Part shown: positions 17,168 to 27,434 of the stretch, one piece after another
How positions within the stretch are numbered: the stretch's first letter is position 1
Layout: every line of letters begins with the position of its first letter
Assembly (NCBI GenBank): GCA_963805625.1
Contig: CAWDVE010000019.1
Location: 64,001-128,000 of the forward strand
From: an uncultured Candidatus Rokubacteria bacterium
Lineage (GTDB): Bacteria > Methylomirabilota > Methylomirabilia > Rokubacteriales > DASRDR01
Reading direction: 5' to 3'
Length of the DNA stretch: 64,000 nt
Made by a program: the position numbers and the translations under genes
The notes under the pieces: model-generated
The model's input: only the letters and a program-made list of their open reading frames with translations
What the model was told of the DNA's origin: nothing
Database searches by the model: none

Positions 17168-19192
17168 ATGAAGGCGCACTGGCGATCGACTCTGGCCCTC
17201 GGCGTCATTGCATGTGTCGTGCTCGACTCCGTGTGGATCACCGGGTCCGTTCTTCATCTTGATCGCCTCGCGTCCTTTGCGAAAGACGGAAAGGGAGGCG
17301 GAGGCGGCGACAAAGGCGGAGGCGGCGACAAGGGCGGAGGCGGCGGCAAAGGCGGAGGCGGCGACAAGGGCGGAGGCGGCGGCAAAGGCGGAGGCGGCGA
17401 CAAGGGCGGAGGCGGCGGCAAAGGCGGAGGCGGCGACAAAGGCGGAGGCGCGGACACCGCCGGCGCGGCCGGTAGTGGCACAAGTGGCGGCGGCACCAGC
17501 GGGTCGGGCACGGGCGGGGCGGCAGGTACCGGCGGCGGGGGCGCGGGGACGGGCGGCGCGAGTGGCGTCGGCGGCGCAGGCAGTGGTGGCGCGGCCAGCA
17601 CGGGCGGCGTCGGTACCGGTGGCGCCGGCGTCGGCGGATCTGGGACGGAGAGCTCCGGAGCTGCGGGCTCCGCGACCGGTGGGGCGGGCGCGGGCGGTGT
17701 CGGAGCGAGCACCGGTAGTTCGGGGGCCGAGACCTCCGGAGGGGGCACCAAAGGCGGCGGGGTCGGAGTAGGCGTCGGCGATCCCGGGAAGATTGGCGCC
17801 AAGGGCAGCGCCGCGACGGGCACGGGGGCAGGAGCCACGGGTGACGGCGGCGTCAGCACTGGCCGTGGCGCGAGTGGAGTCAGCGCGGGCGGGGGACTCG
17901 GCCAAGGCGGTCACGGCACGAGCGGGGGCAACGGGTCGAGCGCGACGAGCCCGGGCGCGACAAGCCTCGGGTTGAGTAGTGAGCGGAGCCCGGCGGCGGC
18001 GCCCGCAACGGGAACGGCCGGGCCGCAAGGATCGACGTCGAGCGGGGACCTTACACGGGGCGCAGCCGCGGTAATCGACATGGATCGGCCGGAGCCCTCG
18101 CAGACCGGTGGCGTCACGGACGCCCCGGCCATGGGGCGCGAGAGTGCCGAGGCGGCGGAAGTCGCGGCACGAGCAGCGCGCGAGGCGGCGGAGACTGCAC
18201 GCGCAGCGGCCGCACAGCTCGGCGAGGTTGCGACACGCGCACGCGGGCCGGTCGCCATCGCGGTGGCGGACGCTGCCCAAGGCGCTGTGCGGATGGCGGC
18301 GGAGGCCGCCCAGGTCGCGGCTGACGCGGCGCTTGAAGCGCAGAGTACGGGCGCGAGCCGGCCGACGGAGGCAGCCAGGGCCGCAGACCGCGCGCGCCAG
18401 GCGGCGGCGCGCGCGCAAGAGGCCGCGGACGAGGCAGCCGACGATCTGCGTCAGATTGCGGCGGCTCCGCCGCCGGAGCCGGCACCGGAGTCCGGGCCGA
18501 TGCGGCAGAAGTGGGACGCGCGAGCGGCGTTCGCGCGGGGCAAGGAGCTGTACGAGGCACGGGATCTCGCTAACGCGCGTCCGCATCTCGAAGAGGCGGT
18601 GCGCCTGGACCCGGAGCACGACGCGGCGCGGGCGTTGCTGGGGTGGCTGGAGTACTTCAGCGGATCGCCGGAGGCAGCCATCGTGACGTTCAAGACGGCG
18701 CTCCGCCGCCAGCCGACGTGGGAGGGGCTGTACAACGGGCTGGGATGGAGCCGGCTGCAGCTGCACCGGCCGTCTCTGGCTTACGATGGGTTCCGAGCCG
18801 CCCTGGATGCCAACCCCCAGTACACGGACGCGCTGGCCGGTCTCGGGCTCGCGCTCTATGAATTGGGGCAGTACGCGATGGCGGTGCCAACCCTGGACCA
18901 GGCCGTGGGAACCCTCGAGGGCGCGCTGGGGCGCGGGGCGCCCGAGCTCGTGGACCTGCGCGAAGCCATCGCGTGGAGTCTGTACCGGAGCGGACGGTAC
19001 GGAGAAGCCGCGGTCGAGTTCGAGCGGGTGGTGCAGGCGCGGCCGGAGCGGCCGGGGCTGCAGGCGGCATTGGGGTGGGCGTACCTGAACGGGGGCCGCC
19101 GGGGCGACGCTCGGGTGGCGTTCCAGCGGGCGCTCGAGCTGGCGCCGGACTCGCGGGACGCTGCGCGCGGTCTCGCGCTCGCTTCCCAGTGA
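17168..19192 (+). CDS. Secreted Gly-rich repeat / Ala-rich coiled-coil / TPR protein
   Basis: ATG 17168 after GGAGG; signal peptide; GGGG(D/G)K repeats; C-terminal TPRs (EAVRLDP, LYNGLGW, ALAGLGLAL, AALGWAYL, RALELAP). Confidence 0.82.
   Translation: MKAHWRSTLALGVIACVVLDSVWITGSVLHLDRLASFAKDGKGGGGGDKGGGGDKGGGGGKGGGGDKGGGGGKGGGGDKGGGGGKGGGGDKGGGADTAGAAGSGTSGGGTSGSGTGGAAGTGGGGAGTGGASGVGGAGSGGAASTGGVGTGGAGVGGSGTESSGAAGSATGGAGAGGVGASTGSSGAETSGGGTKGGGVGVGVGDPGKIGAKGSAATGTGAGATGDGGVSTGRGASGVSAGGGLGQGGHGTSGGNGSSATSPGATSLGLSSERSPAAAPATGTAGPQGSTSSGDLTRGAAAVIDMDRPEPSQTGGVTDAPAMGRESAEAAEVAARAAREAAETARAAAAQLGEVATRARGPVAIAVADAAQGAVRMAAEAAQVAADAALEAQSTGASRPTEAARAADRARQAAARAQEAADEAADDLRQIAAAPPPEPAPESGPMRQKWDARAAFARGKELYEARDLANARPHLEEAVRLDPEHDAARALLGWLEYFSGSPEAAIVTFKTALRRQPTWEGLYNGLGWSRLQLHRPSLAYDGFRAALDANPQYTDALAGLGLALYELGQYAMAVPTLDQAVGTLEGALGRGAPELVDLREAIAWSLYRSGRYGEAAVEFERVVQARPERPGLQAALGWAYLNGGRRGDARVAFQRALELAPDSRDAARGLALASQ
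17297..17449 (+). repeat. Coding tandem repeat, 18-bp unit GGCGGAGGCGGCG(A/G)CAA(A/G), 8.5 copies
   Basis: Counted directly; alternating units form a 36-bp higher-order repeat. Confidence 0.95.
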
Positions 19193-19732
19193 CGCGGCCG
19201 GGCGTCTGACGAAGCGCGCCCGCCCCCGGGACTCGCCCACGAGCGTCTCCGTCCGGTTCGCGTAGCCGGCGCGGCCCCGATCAGCGCCACGCCGGCCGCG
19301 GCGCGCGGGCGGGGTCTGCGGTCACGGACCACACGCGTTCGGGATCGGGGCCGCGCCGATCCGGGTCCGGCCGCTGATAGACGACGGCGCCGGTGCGGCC
19401 GACGTGGATCCGGCAACGTCTACCATCGCCTCTTCGAGCCGTCGCAACACAGGGGCACGTGGACGGCCATGCTCAGCCTCGATCCAACATTGTTCAAGCG
19501 CATCCTCGATCACGCGGCGTGTCGGCGGGTGACCATCTGCCTCGCGCGCCCGAGCTTTGACCCTGTCCTAACACCGTACGGTCGCCGGGATTGACGGCGG
19601 GTCACGAGGCGGTGACGGACCGGGATGGCGGCGGCTGGGCCGTCAGCCCGAGCGCGCCGAGCAGGCGCCTCACGGCGTGGGGCTCGGTCACTGCACCCAC
19701 GATCAATCAATCCTCGGAACGCGCCTAGACGG

Positions 19733-20272
19733 TTAGCCACTCTTTTCCTCGACCAGCTCGGCTTCCACGTCGAGGCTGATGAACACGTCGTCGCCCACGA
19801 CGACGCCGGCGTCCTGCAGGTCAGCGTTCCAGCTCACGCCGAACTCTTGGCGATTGACCCGGGTCGTCGCCGTGAATCCGATGCGGGTGTCGTCGAAGGG
19901 CGACCGACACTGTCCGAGGTACCGGACGTCCAGCGTCACGGGCCTGGTCACTCCCCGGATCTTGAGGTCGCCCGTGACCCGGTACTCGTTGCGCGCGACG
20001 GGCTCCACCTTCGTGCTGCGGAAGCCGATCGCCGAGTGGCGTTCCACGTGAAGGAAATCCTCCGACCGGAGGTGGTCATCTCGCTCGGGCTCCCCCGACC
20101 ACAGCGTGGAGGCCGCAATACTAACCTCGACCTGGGCGTCCTCCGGGTGGCTCGGATCGAACTCGAGGGTGCCGCCGATGTTCTTGAAGTGGCCGCGTAC
20201 GAACGTGATCATCATGTGTCGCACGCGGAACTCCGCGGCCGTGTGAGCCTCGTTCAGGATCCACCGAGCCAT
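19733..20272 (-). CDS. YceI family protein
   Basis: HT.AEFRVRHMMI..VRGHF, RDDHLRSEDF, GDLKIRGVTRPV, NRQEFG. Confidence 0.93.
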   Translation of the reverse strand: MARWILNEAHTAAEFRVRHMMITFVRGHFKNIGGTLEFDPSHPEDAQVEVSIAASTLWSGEPERDDHLRSEDFLHVERHSAIGFRSTKVEPVARNEYRVTGDLKIRGVTRPVTLDVRYLGQCRSPFDDTRIGFTATTRVNRQEFGVSWNADLQDAGVVVGDDVFISLDVEAELVEEKSG

Positions 20273-20381
20273 GTCACCCCTCCAGCCCCAGGCCGCGCCT
20301 CGCCTGCACCATGGACAGAGCGGACGATCAGGCTGTCCAGATCTTGCGGCACTGCTGCCCGCGATGCAGCCGGTGCGCCAG

Positions 20382-20729
20382 TCACCGGATGAGGCCGAGG
20401 AGACGCCAGTAGGGGAGGCTGATGAAGAACCCCACCACGACGAGGCCAGCGTACACCCAGGCGAACGGGGCTGCGCCCCGGTGCGTGAAGACCTTGCCCT
20501 CCGTGCCGTAGTAGAGCGTCAGATAGTCCGTATTCTGGTACGGCAGGAAGAATACGCTCCCCGCCTTCAGCGCCACGATCGCCGCGATCCAAGGGCTCAC
20601 TCCCGCGGCCTCAGCAACCCCCGCCAGCGACACCGTGAGAAGCGGCACGGCCGTCTGCCACGGCATGACGGTGCGGATCGCCAGGGTGACGACGATGGCG
20701 ACTCCCAGGACGACCGACGCGCTCCCCAT
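20382..20729 (-). pseudogene. C-terminal fragment of a DASS/SLC13 anion permease
   Basis: Hydrophobic segments, FFLPYQN, ISLPYWRLLGLI end; only ~115 aa. Confidence 0.7.
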
Positions 20730-20912
20730 TGTCCCGAACGCCCACGTCGTCGCCTGCCCTAGCCAGGCATCGGCCCGTACGGTGACGGCCAGGTCAGCCA
20801 GAACACCGAAGGAGTCGCCTCCAGACCTTCCGAGCCCCGCGGCCGAGCCTGGCCGGTATCGACGGCGTCGAGCCTGCTCGCGGGGATGTACGAGAGTTTC
20901 ATCAGCTAAACC

Positions 20913-21100
20913 CTACAGCAACACGCTGCGCTGGAGCCATAGCGCGTCGGCGACGGTGCGGTGCCCACGGCGGGCGAGCTCCGGCAGCAGGCCAAACATC
21001 AGCGCTCCAGCTACCAGGGCATCGCCCCCCGCCGTGTGCCGGCCCATGACCGGCACCCCGAGTCTCATCGCGAGCGACTCGAGGGTCACCTCGACCAGAC
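20913..21100 (-). pseudogene. C-terminal fragment of a DEDDh 3'-5' exonuclease (DnaQ-like)
   Basis: Manual translation: VTLESLAMRLGVPVMGRHTAGGDALVAGALMFGLLPELARRGHRTVADALWLQ (ExoIII HxAxxD). Not in the ORF track. Confidence 0.7.
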
Positions 21101-21367
21101 GGGAGACCCGAAGATGGACGGTCAGGCTGCGGATACGTCGAGGCAGCGCGTTCTGTCCCGCTGCGGCAACGAGTCAGCTAGGCGGGACACCGAACACTAA
21201 TCGCGCACCGAAAGAGGCTGGATCGAGCTGGAACGACACAGGTGTCGTCGAGTGTGCCTCAGGCCAGCGTCAGGGAGGTCAAGGTGGCCCGCCCCACGCG
21301 ACCGCCCCTGTGCGGCTTGATCTCCAACCGCAGATGCGTCACGGCTTCCGCTGAGATCGACCAGAGC

Positions 21368-21710
21368 TCACGTTCGTAACTCGTTCCGGGTGGGCAAGTT
21401 GAACTCCTGCCGCACCAGCTCTCGATAGGTCCGCCCTCCGTTCGAGGAGACGGATACGGATAACTCTTGTGTTCGGCTCACCGCGAGCTCCTCCTCCACG
21501 CCGATCTTGCGGATCGTCTGCGGAGTGTCGAAGAGGAGGACCACCGTCTGCTCCGCCGGTCCATCGGCGATCCAGCGACTGCCTCCGGGTCCTCGGTTGT
21601 GATCGAAGGCACGAGGTCACCTGCACCGTGGCGACGTCCGCAATGGAGATTTCACCCTCGAAGGATGCGGGTTCGCGAGAATGCTTTGAAGGGACCTGCT
21701 TCCTGCAGGG
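21368..21710 (-). pseudogene. Degraded carbohydrate-binding (discoidin/galactose-binding-like) protein
   Basis: Manual translation across a frameshift: RKQ...EISIADVATVQVTS / AFDHNRGPGGSRWIADGPAEQTVVLLFDTPQTIRKIG...SRTQELSVSVSSNGGRTYRELVRQEFN. Confidence 0.65.
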
Positions 21711-21766
21711 AAGACTGGCGTGTATGGACAGGGTGGTGAGGAACGAGTCCTTCCCGGATCGCTGAG

Positions 21767-22609
21767 CTAGGACGCGCGGCGACGCTGCTTGCGCTCGACC
21801 GCTGGCGTCTTCTTCTCGGTTTTCTCGCGTCCCGCCTTCGCCAGCCCCTTCCGTCCGAGGCTCGCCTTGAGGGTCGCGACCAGGTCCGTCGTCGGCGGCC
21901 GAGCCTCAACCTCGAGGCGTTGGATCTCCTGGCCCGCGATCTTCTGTTCGATCGCCTTCAGGAGCCGCTTCCGGTACTCGTCCTCGTAGTTCTCGGGCTG
22001 GAACTCGGTCCCGGAGAGCTCGCTGATCAGTCGCTCGGCGAGCGTCCGCTCTTGATCGCGGATCTTCGGGGCGGCGCCCTGGTCGATCTCGGCCGCGTTC
22101 TGGACTTCGTCGGCGAAGTAGAGCCGCTGGAGAAGGAGTCCGTCCTGGTGTACGCGGATCGCGATCGGTGTAGTCTTGCCGCGCCACGTGAACGTGCCAA
22201 CTGCGACTCGGTGCGTCTGCTGGAGTGCCCCGACGAGCACTCGATAGCCGCGCTCGCCATTCTTCCCGGCGCCGAGGTAGTACGTGTCTTCAAAGTAGAC
22301 GGGGTCGACCGCACCCTCCGGGACGAACGAGTCGATGACGAGCACCGATGAGGACGCTTGCTCGAGCGCTTTCAATTCTTCCGGCTCGAAGCGCACGTAC
22401 TCGTCCTTGGCGATTTCGTACCCTCTCACCGTCTCTTCGCGCGGCACGATGCCGTGTATGGGGCACTCGAGGCGCATCTGGATCCTGGATCCACACCGCT
22501 CGTGCAGAAGGTGGAATGCGACGCCTTGCGAGCTCGTAGCCGTGAAGAGCTGAACCGGGATGGTAGCCAGCCCGAGAGAGATGTCGAGATTCTTGATCGC
22601 GCGCGGCAT
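21767..22609 (-). CDS. ku: Ku protein (non-homologous end joining)
   Basis: MPRAI...ISLGLATIPVQLFTAT, FHLLH, RGYEIAKDEYV, DPVYFE.TYYL, YEDEY, basic C-terminal tail. Confidence 0.95.
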   Translation of the reverse strand: MPRAIKNLDISLGLATIPVQLFTATSSQGVAFHLLHERCGSRIQMRLECPIHGIVPREETVRGYEIAKDEYVRFEPEELKALEQASSSVLVIDSFVPEGAVDPVYFEDTYYLGAGKNGERGYRVLVGALQQTHRVAVGTFTWRGKTTPIAIRVHQDGLLLQRLYFADEVQNAAEIDQGAAPKIRDQERTLAERLISELSGTEFQPENYEDEYRKRLLKAIEQKIAGQEIQRLEVEARPPTTDLVATLKASLGRKGLAKAGREKTEKKTPAVERKQRRRAS

Positions 22610-22818
22610 GGTGTTGTGTAACCAAGGTCTCGCGTGGATGTAGCGTCCATTATAGCTCGATCAGGAGGTCGTCGGTCACGGCGCCAACTCCGCCGTTGGC
22701 CTTAGCGGTAGGTGCTCTTCACCTGTTGACGTCATTCCGGCGCCGGCGTAGCATCGGCCATCCGGCTGCGCAAAGCTCATCGGGGGGCGATTCAGCAAGG
22801 CAGAAAAGAGGTGTATTG

Positions 22819-22983
22819 ATGCCCCGCTACGAATTCCTCTGCGAGAAATGCCGGAAACCGTTCGAGCTGACCATGACCATCGCGGAGCACGAGAAGGGAA
22901 AGGTCCGGTGCCCGACGTGTAAGAGCACGAGAGTCGTGCCGCAGCTCGCGTCCTTCACGACACAGACGTCGAAGAAGAGCTGA
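22819..22983 (+). CDS. FmdB family zinc-ribbon protein
   Basis: MPRYEFLCEKC...CPTCKS; RBS GAGG. Confidence 0.9.
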   Translation: MPRYEFLCEKCRKPFELTMTIAEHEKGKVRCPTCKSTRVVPQLASFTTQTSKKS

Positions 22984-23047
22984 CGGTCGCGGAGGTGACG
23001 CCGAGTTCCGACGGCTCGAGGGACGCGAGGGGGGCTCGAGGAGGCCG

Positions 23048-23503
23048 ATGATGATCAAGGTGCAGAACGTCGGGCACGTGGTCCTTAAGGTCCGGGATCT
23101 TGAGCGGGCGGCGCGATTCTATCGAGATGTGCTGGGGCTCAGGGAGGTGGCACGCGGCACGTTCGGCGGTCGGATGGCGTTTTTTTCAGCGACGGGCGAG
23201 AACCACCACGACATCGCGCTATTTGAGGTTGGCCCCGATGCCGCGCCAGACGAAGGCAATCGGGTGGGGCTGTACCACGTCGCACTCCGGATTGGCAACA
23301 CTCTGGAGGAGCTGCGAGCCGCGAAGGCACACCTCGCGGCGAGTGGGGTCGGGGCCCTGCGCTTGAGGGATCATGCGGTCAGCCAATCCATCTACCTTGA
23401 CGACCCCGATGGTAATGGCCTTGAGCTCTATGTCGACGGGGATCCGGCGATCTGGCGCAACGACCCTGCCGCCGTGGCGACCTCTATGCCGTTCGAACTC
23501 TGA
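23048..23503 (+). CDS. VOC family protein (glyoxalase / extradiol dioxygenase-like)
   Basis: GHVVLKVRDLE..RFY, HHDIAL, GLYHVA, SIYLDDPDGNGLEL. Confidence 0.92.
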   Translation: MMIKVQNVGHVVLKVRDLERAARFYRDVLGLREVARGTFGGRMAFFSATGENHHDIALFEVGPDAAPDEGNRVGLYHVALRIGNTLEELRAAKAHLAASGVGALRLRDHAVSQSIYLDDPDGNGLELYVDGDPAIWRNDPAAVATSMPFEL

Positions 23504-23602
23504 GACGCTTTGACTTCACGGCAATACGCGATACGGCCGGGAGGGTCGGACCCAAGAGCCGAAGCCGACTATCCCTAGAAGCGGGCGATCCAGGGAAGGA
23601 AG

Positions 23603-24353
23603 ATGGGTGTTGATCAGATGAGGAGGACGGAGGCGAGCGGGGATCGATCGACACAGGGTCTCATCGAACGGTTCGCTACGTTCCTGCAGGCGTACGATCG
23701 GTACTGCCCGTTTAGCCGGTATGGCCAGCTTGAGTACCACGTCGAGACGATTCGGCTACGGCGCGAGCTGGGAACGGTAGAGGCCGCACTGAAGAATGAT
23801 TCTTTCCTGAGGAGCCTTTACCGCACACTCCAGGCGTGGGGCGTCGGATCTCGGGCGTCGGTACTTCGGCCCTTGCCGGAGCTTGTGGAGGCCCTTCAGG
23901 GGAGGGCTGGCGAGATCCAGGAGCTCGAAGGGCCACTTCTCGACCAAGACGACCTAGATACTCACGGGATCGCCCGCAAGCTCGCGCAGTTGGTTCAGTC
24001 CCTGGATATCGGAGCAACAAGGCGCGGTTGGTGCCGGGCTCCAAGGCGCTTCACCGCCTGCTCCCTGAACTCGTAGTGCCGATTGACCGGACGTACACGC
24101 AGAGGTTCTTCGAATGGCCTACTCCTCGTGTCCAGTACGCGCCCGAGGAGTGGTTCATCGAGGCGTTCCACGCGCGTTCGCCACGATCGCTCGGGCGACA
24201 CAGCCTGGCCAGTATGTCGGTGACGGTTGGTACACGTCCCGAACGAAGGTCATCGACAGCGCGGTAGTGGGGCTGTGGTGTTGGGTCAAGACCAACCTGA
24301 AGCCGAGCGCAACTGGAGGCGGACCAGGCACCGACGCAGGGTCTCTGGAGTGA
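23603..24353 (+). pseudogene. Hypothetical protein split by two frameshifts (possible HhH-like fold)
   Basis: Three consecutive frames give YRTLQAWG.../SKALHRLLPELVVPIDRTYT/...TSRTKVIDSAVVG. Confidence 0.6.
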
Positions 24354-24410
24354 CTGGAGTTCCTAGATCAGACCGATCCATGTAGCTGTCGAGCAGGTAG
24401 ATAGAGCGGG

Positions 24411-25670
24411 ATGACTGATGAGATGCAGCCGAACATGGAGTCAACTACTACTGCTGCGCGGCCGACGAGGAGCGGACTATCGACCTCGCGGCTGGCGCGG
24501 ATGCACGACGTCCTACGGCGCCACGTCGACAATGGCCGGCTGCCTGGCCTCGTCGCGCTCGTCAGCCGGCGGGGCGCGGAGCACGTGGATGCGATCGGCA
24601 CGCTGGCGTTTGACCGCACGGCGCCGATGCGGCGCGACACGATGTTCCGCTTGGCCTCGGTGACAAAGCCGATCACCGCGGTAGCCGCGATGATCCTTGT
24701 CGAGGAGTGCAAGCTCAGGCTGGACGAGCCCGTCGATGAATGGCTGCCGGAACTCGCAAACCGTCGGGTCCTGCGCACGATCGACAGCGAGCTCGACGAC
24801 ACGGTACCCGCGAAGCGCGCCATCACCCTGCGCGATCTTCTGACGTTTCGATCGGGGTACGGCGAAGTGGCGTTCCTGTCGCCGATGTGCCCGCTCCAAC
24901 GAGCGCTGATCGAGGCCCAGTTGCCGCTGAGCGCGTGGATGTTCCCCGGGACTTCCGACGAATTCATGAGGTGCCTCGGCGACCTCCCGCTCGCGAATCA
25001 ACCCGGAGAGCGGTGGCTCTACCACATGAGCGCCGACATCTTGGGCGTTCTGATTGCCCGCGCTTCCAGCATGTCGCTGTCGGCGTTCCTGCGCGAACGC
25101 ATCTTGGAGCCTCTCGGCATGAAAGACACCGGCTTCACCTTGCCCGAGGCACAGACCGACCGGCTTGCCACCTGCTACCAGACGGATGTTCCGAGCGGCG
25201 AGGTCTCCGTCCTCCCGGACGCTCGCGCCGATTTCCTCACGCGCCCGCCTTCGTTCGAGGCGGGTGCGGGTGCCCGGGGGCTCGTGTCCACGGCTGACGA
25301 TCTGCTCGCGTTCGGCCGGATGATGCTGAACTCGGGTGCGTACCGCAACGAACGCATCTTGTCGCGACCGTCGGTGGAGCTCATGACCACGGATCACCTG
25401 ACGCCCGAGCAGAAGGCAGCCTCGCCGTTCTTCGAGAATTTCTGGGACTCGCGCGGCTGGGGCTTCGGCCTCTCGATCGTGACCCGACGTGCGGAAGTTG
25501 CCGGCCCCGGACGCTTCGGCTGGGACGGTGCGTTCAGCGTGTCGTGGTACGTGGATCGACGCGAGGACATGGTCGGCGTCCTCATGGCACAGGTGCGTCC
25601 GGGCGCGTTGCGTCTGCCGGCCCTCGTGGTCGACTTCTGGACGGCGGCCTACCAGGCGATAGACGACTGA
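24411..25670 (+). CDS. Serine hydrolase (beta-lactamase class C / esterase family VIII)
   Basis: FRLASVTK (SxxK), PGERWLY, LEPLGMKDTGF, FGWDG. Confidence 0.93.
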   Translation: MTDEMQPNMESTTTAARPTRSGLSTSRLARMHDVLRRHVDNGRLPGLVALVSRRGAEHVDAIGTLAFDRTAPMRRDTMFRLASVTKPITAVAAMILVEECKLRLDEPVDEWLPELANRRVLRTIDSELDDTVPAKRAITLRDLLTFRSGYGEVAFLSPMCPLQRALIEAQLPLSAWMFPGTSDEFMRCLGDLPLANQPGERWLYHMSADILGVLIARASSMSLSAFLRERILEPLGMKDTGFTLPEAQTDRLATCYQTDVPSGEVSVLPDARADFLTRPPSFEAGAGARGLVSTADDLLAFGRMMLNSGAYRNERILSRPSVELMTTDHLTPEQKAASPFFENFWDSRGWGFGLSIVTRRAEVAGPGRFGWDGAFSVSWYVDRREDMVGVLMAQVRPGALRLPALVVDFWTAAYQAIDD

Positions 25671-25871
25671 CCCGAAGCCTGGGGCACGCGAGTGCACGAC
25701 GACGACGTCGGGCCCCCACGCCTCGCGAGGGTTGAACTGCGAAGGGCGGCGGCTATCCCTGAAACTTACTGATCCAGGGACCTCATTCTACGCTTGAATG
25801 GCGCCACGTCGTAGGGCTTCGGCGACCTGGATGATGCCTCCCCATAGTGACGACGTGCAAGCCCTACTCCA

Positions 25872-25955
25872 CTCGGCCGGTTGTGCGCCCTCGCGGCCGA
25901 GCTGGTCCGACTGCGGGTAGACGTCATCGTGGCGGGCGCCCCACCCGCCCCTGAG
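25872..25955 (+). pseudogene. Tiny remnant of an ABC_sub_bind-type substrate-binding protein
   Basis: Manual translation RLCALAAELVRLRVDVIVAGAPPA. Confidence 0.5.
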
Positions 25956-26421
25956 TGCTCACTAGCCGTTTGGCGGAAGATCCATGACCGACGACCACCT
26001 GGAGCTAGCGATCTCCGAGACATTCATCACACACTATGAAGGTGTACGCACCAAGGTGTTCCCGTGTCTTGGATGGTGCTTCGCGCCCATCTTTCAGGCG
26101 CCAGACGGCGCGTGGACCTGACGCAAGTACCATGGCTGCACCCTGAGTACCTCAAGATCGCCCTGGACTGACACAATGCCAGGGCGTACCAGTGAGTTGC
26201 CATCCCTCGAACGCGGACGTCCGGGCTACTGATGTACTCGACGGTCCTTAAGGTCAAGGACCAGCCCGTTGCCGTCGGCCGCGTAGGCTAGAAGCAGCCC
26301 CGCGATGGCCTGCGGGAACCCTCCCCCCGTGGCGTGGGTCGATGCGGCCCGCCAGGAGAGCACCACCGTGTCGTGGGAAACGCCGGCTCGGGAGGTCTAT
26401 GGCGTCGCTCCGCTGGCCGGG

Positions 26422-27060
26422 TCAGGGCACCGGTGGAATCGGCGGTGCCGGCTCGTCCGGTAGAGGCTCGGCAGGCCGGCCGTCGAGCCCGAGCCGATCG
26501 GCGATCGGGAGATTCGCGCGGATGACGAGGGCGATCAGGTCGGGCAGCGCGACGCCCCACTCCTCGCTGCCCCGGTAGACATACGCCCGGTCCACGGTCC
26601 GCGCGAAGGACTTCTCCTTCAGGCGTTTGACGACGCTCTCGACCGGGAGGTCCACAAGCCGCTTCGACGGCCGGACGAGGGCGCAGGCGCTCACGAAACC
26701 GGTCAGCTCGTCGGCCGCGAGGATCGCCCGCATCATCGGCGTTGTCCGCTCGATCCCAGTGTAAAAGGCGTGGCCTCCGACGGCCCGGACGACAGCCTCC
26801 GGCCAGCCGCGCGCTTTCAGAATCTCCATGCCCCGCCAGACGTGACCGTCCTCGGTCGGGAAGCGCTCATAGTCGAAGTCGTGGAGCAGACCGACCAGCC
26901 CCCACGTCTCCACCTCGTCGGCGTCGCCGACCCCGGCAGTCCGTGCCAGCTCGCGCATGGTCGCTTCCACGGCGAGCGCGTGGCGGCGGAGGGACTGGTT
27001 CTCGGTGTACTCGGTCAGGAGACGCCAGGCGTCCTCACGCGATGGCCGAGCGGGAGGCAT
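26422..27060 (-). CDS. HD-domain (HDIG-like) metal-dependent phosphohydrolase
   Basis: SLRRHALAVE, GLLHDFDYE, H, DELTG, LVRPSK, KEKSFA. Confidence 0.92.
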   Translation of the reverse strand: MPPARPSREDAWRLLTEYTENQSLRRHALAVEATMRELARTAGVGDADEVETWGLVGLLHDFDYERFPTEDGHVWRGMEILKARGWPEAVVRAVGGHAFYTGIERTTPMMRAILAADELTGFVSACALVRPSKRLVDLPVESVVKRLKEKSFARTVDRAYVYRGSEEWGVALPDLIALVIRANLPIADRLGLDGRPAEPLPDEPAPPIPPVP

Positions 27061-27434
27061 GCGCGGACTCTACGCTCCGCGGCGCGCGGGCGTCAAGGCG
27101 ACCGCGGCTCACTGGCGACCGCGGATCGCTCAGTGGCCTGCCCATGGCGTTCCGCAGTATCGGCCGACGAGACCATCACCGAGTGGCCATCTACTGGGTG
27201 AGCTTCCATCCACCGCTGATCGCTCCCGACACCGCAATAAGGCACGCACTCTTTGCCACTCGACGGTGTCGTGGCAGCCACGGGTGGCAACCGCCTCGTA
27301 CGTCCGCACTGCAGCAGAGCTCGTCGCTGCCCTTCGAGGGCGGTGTCGGGCGGCGATCGGCGCTGTCGGCGGAAGGACGTCTGGGCTCGTGCGCGGCGGC
27401 CCTCCCGCGGCCGCCGTGCGTGCGCCGGATCGCG

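Noticed and set aside
17297-17449. Possible CRISPR array
   Set aside because: Contiguous 18-bp units without spacers, in frame within a CDS; no cas genes.
19322-19513. Short minus-strand ORF (MIEDALEQCWIEAEHG...)
   Set aside because: No RBS or family motif recognised; left uncalled.
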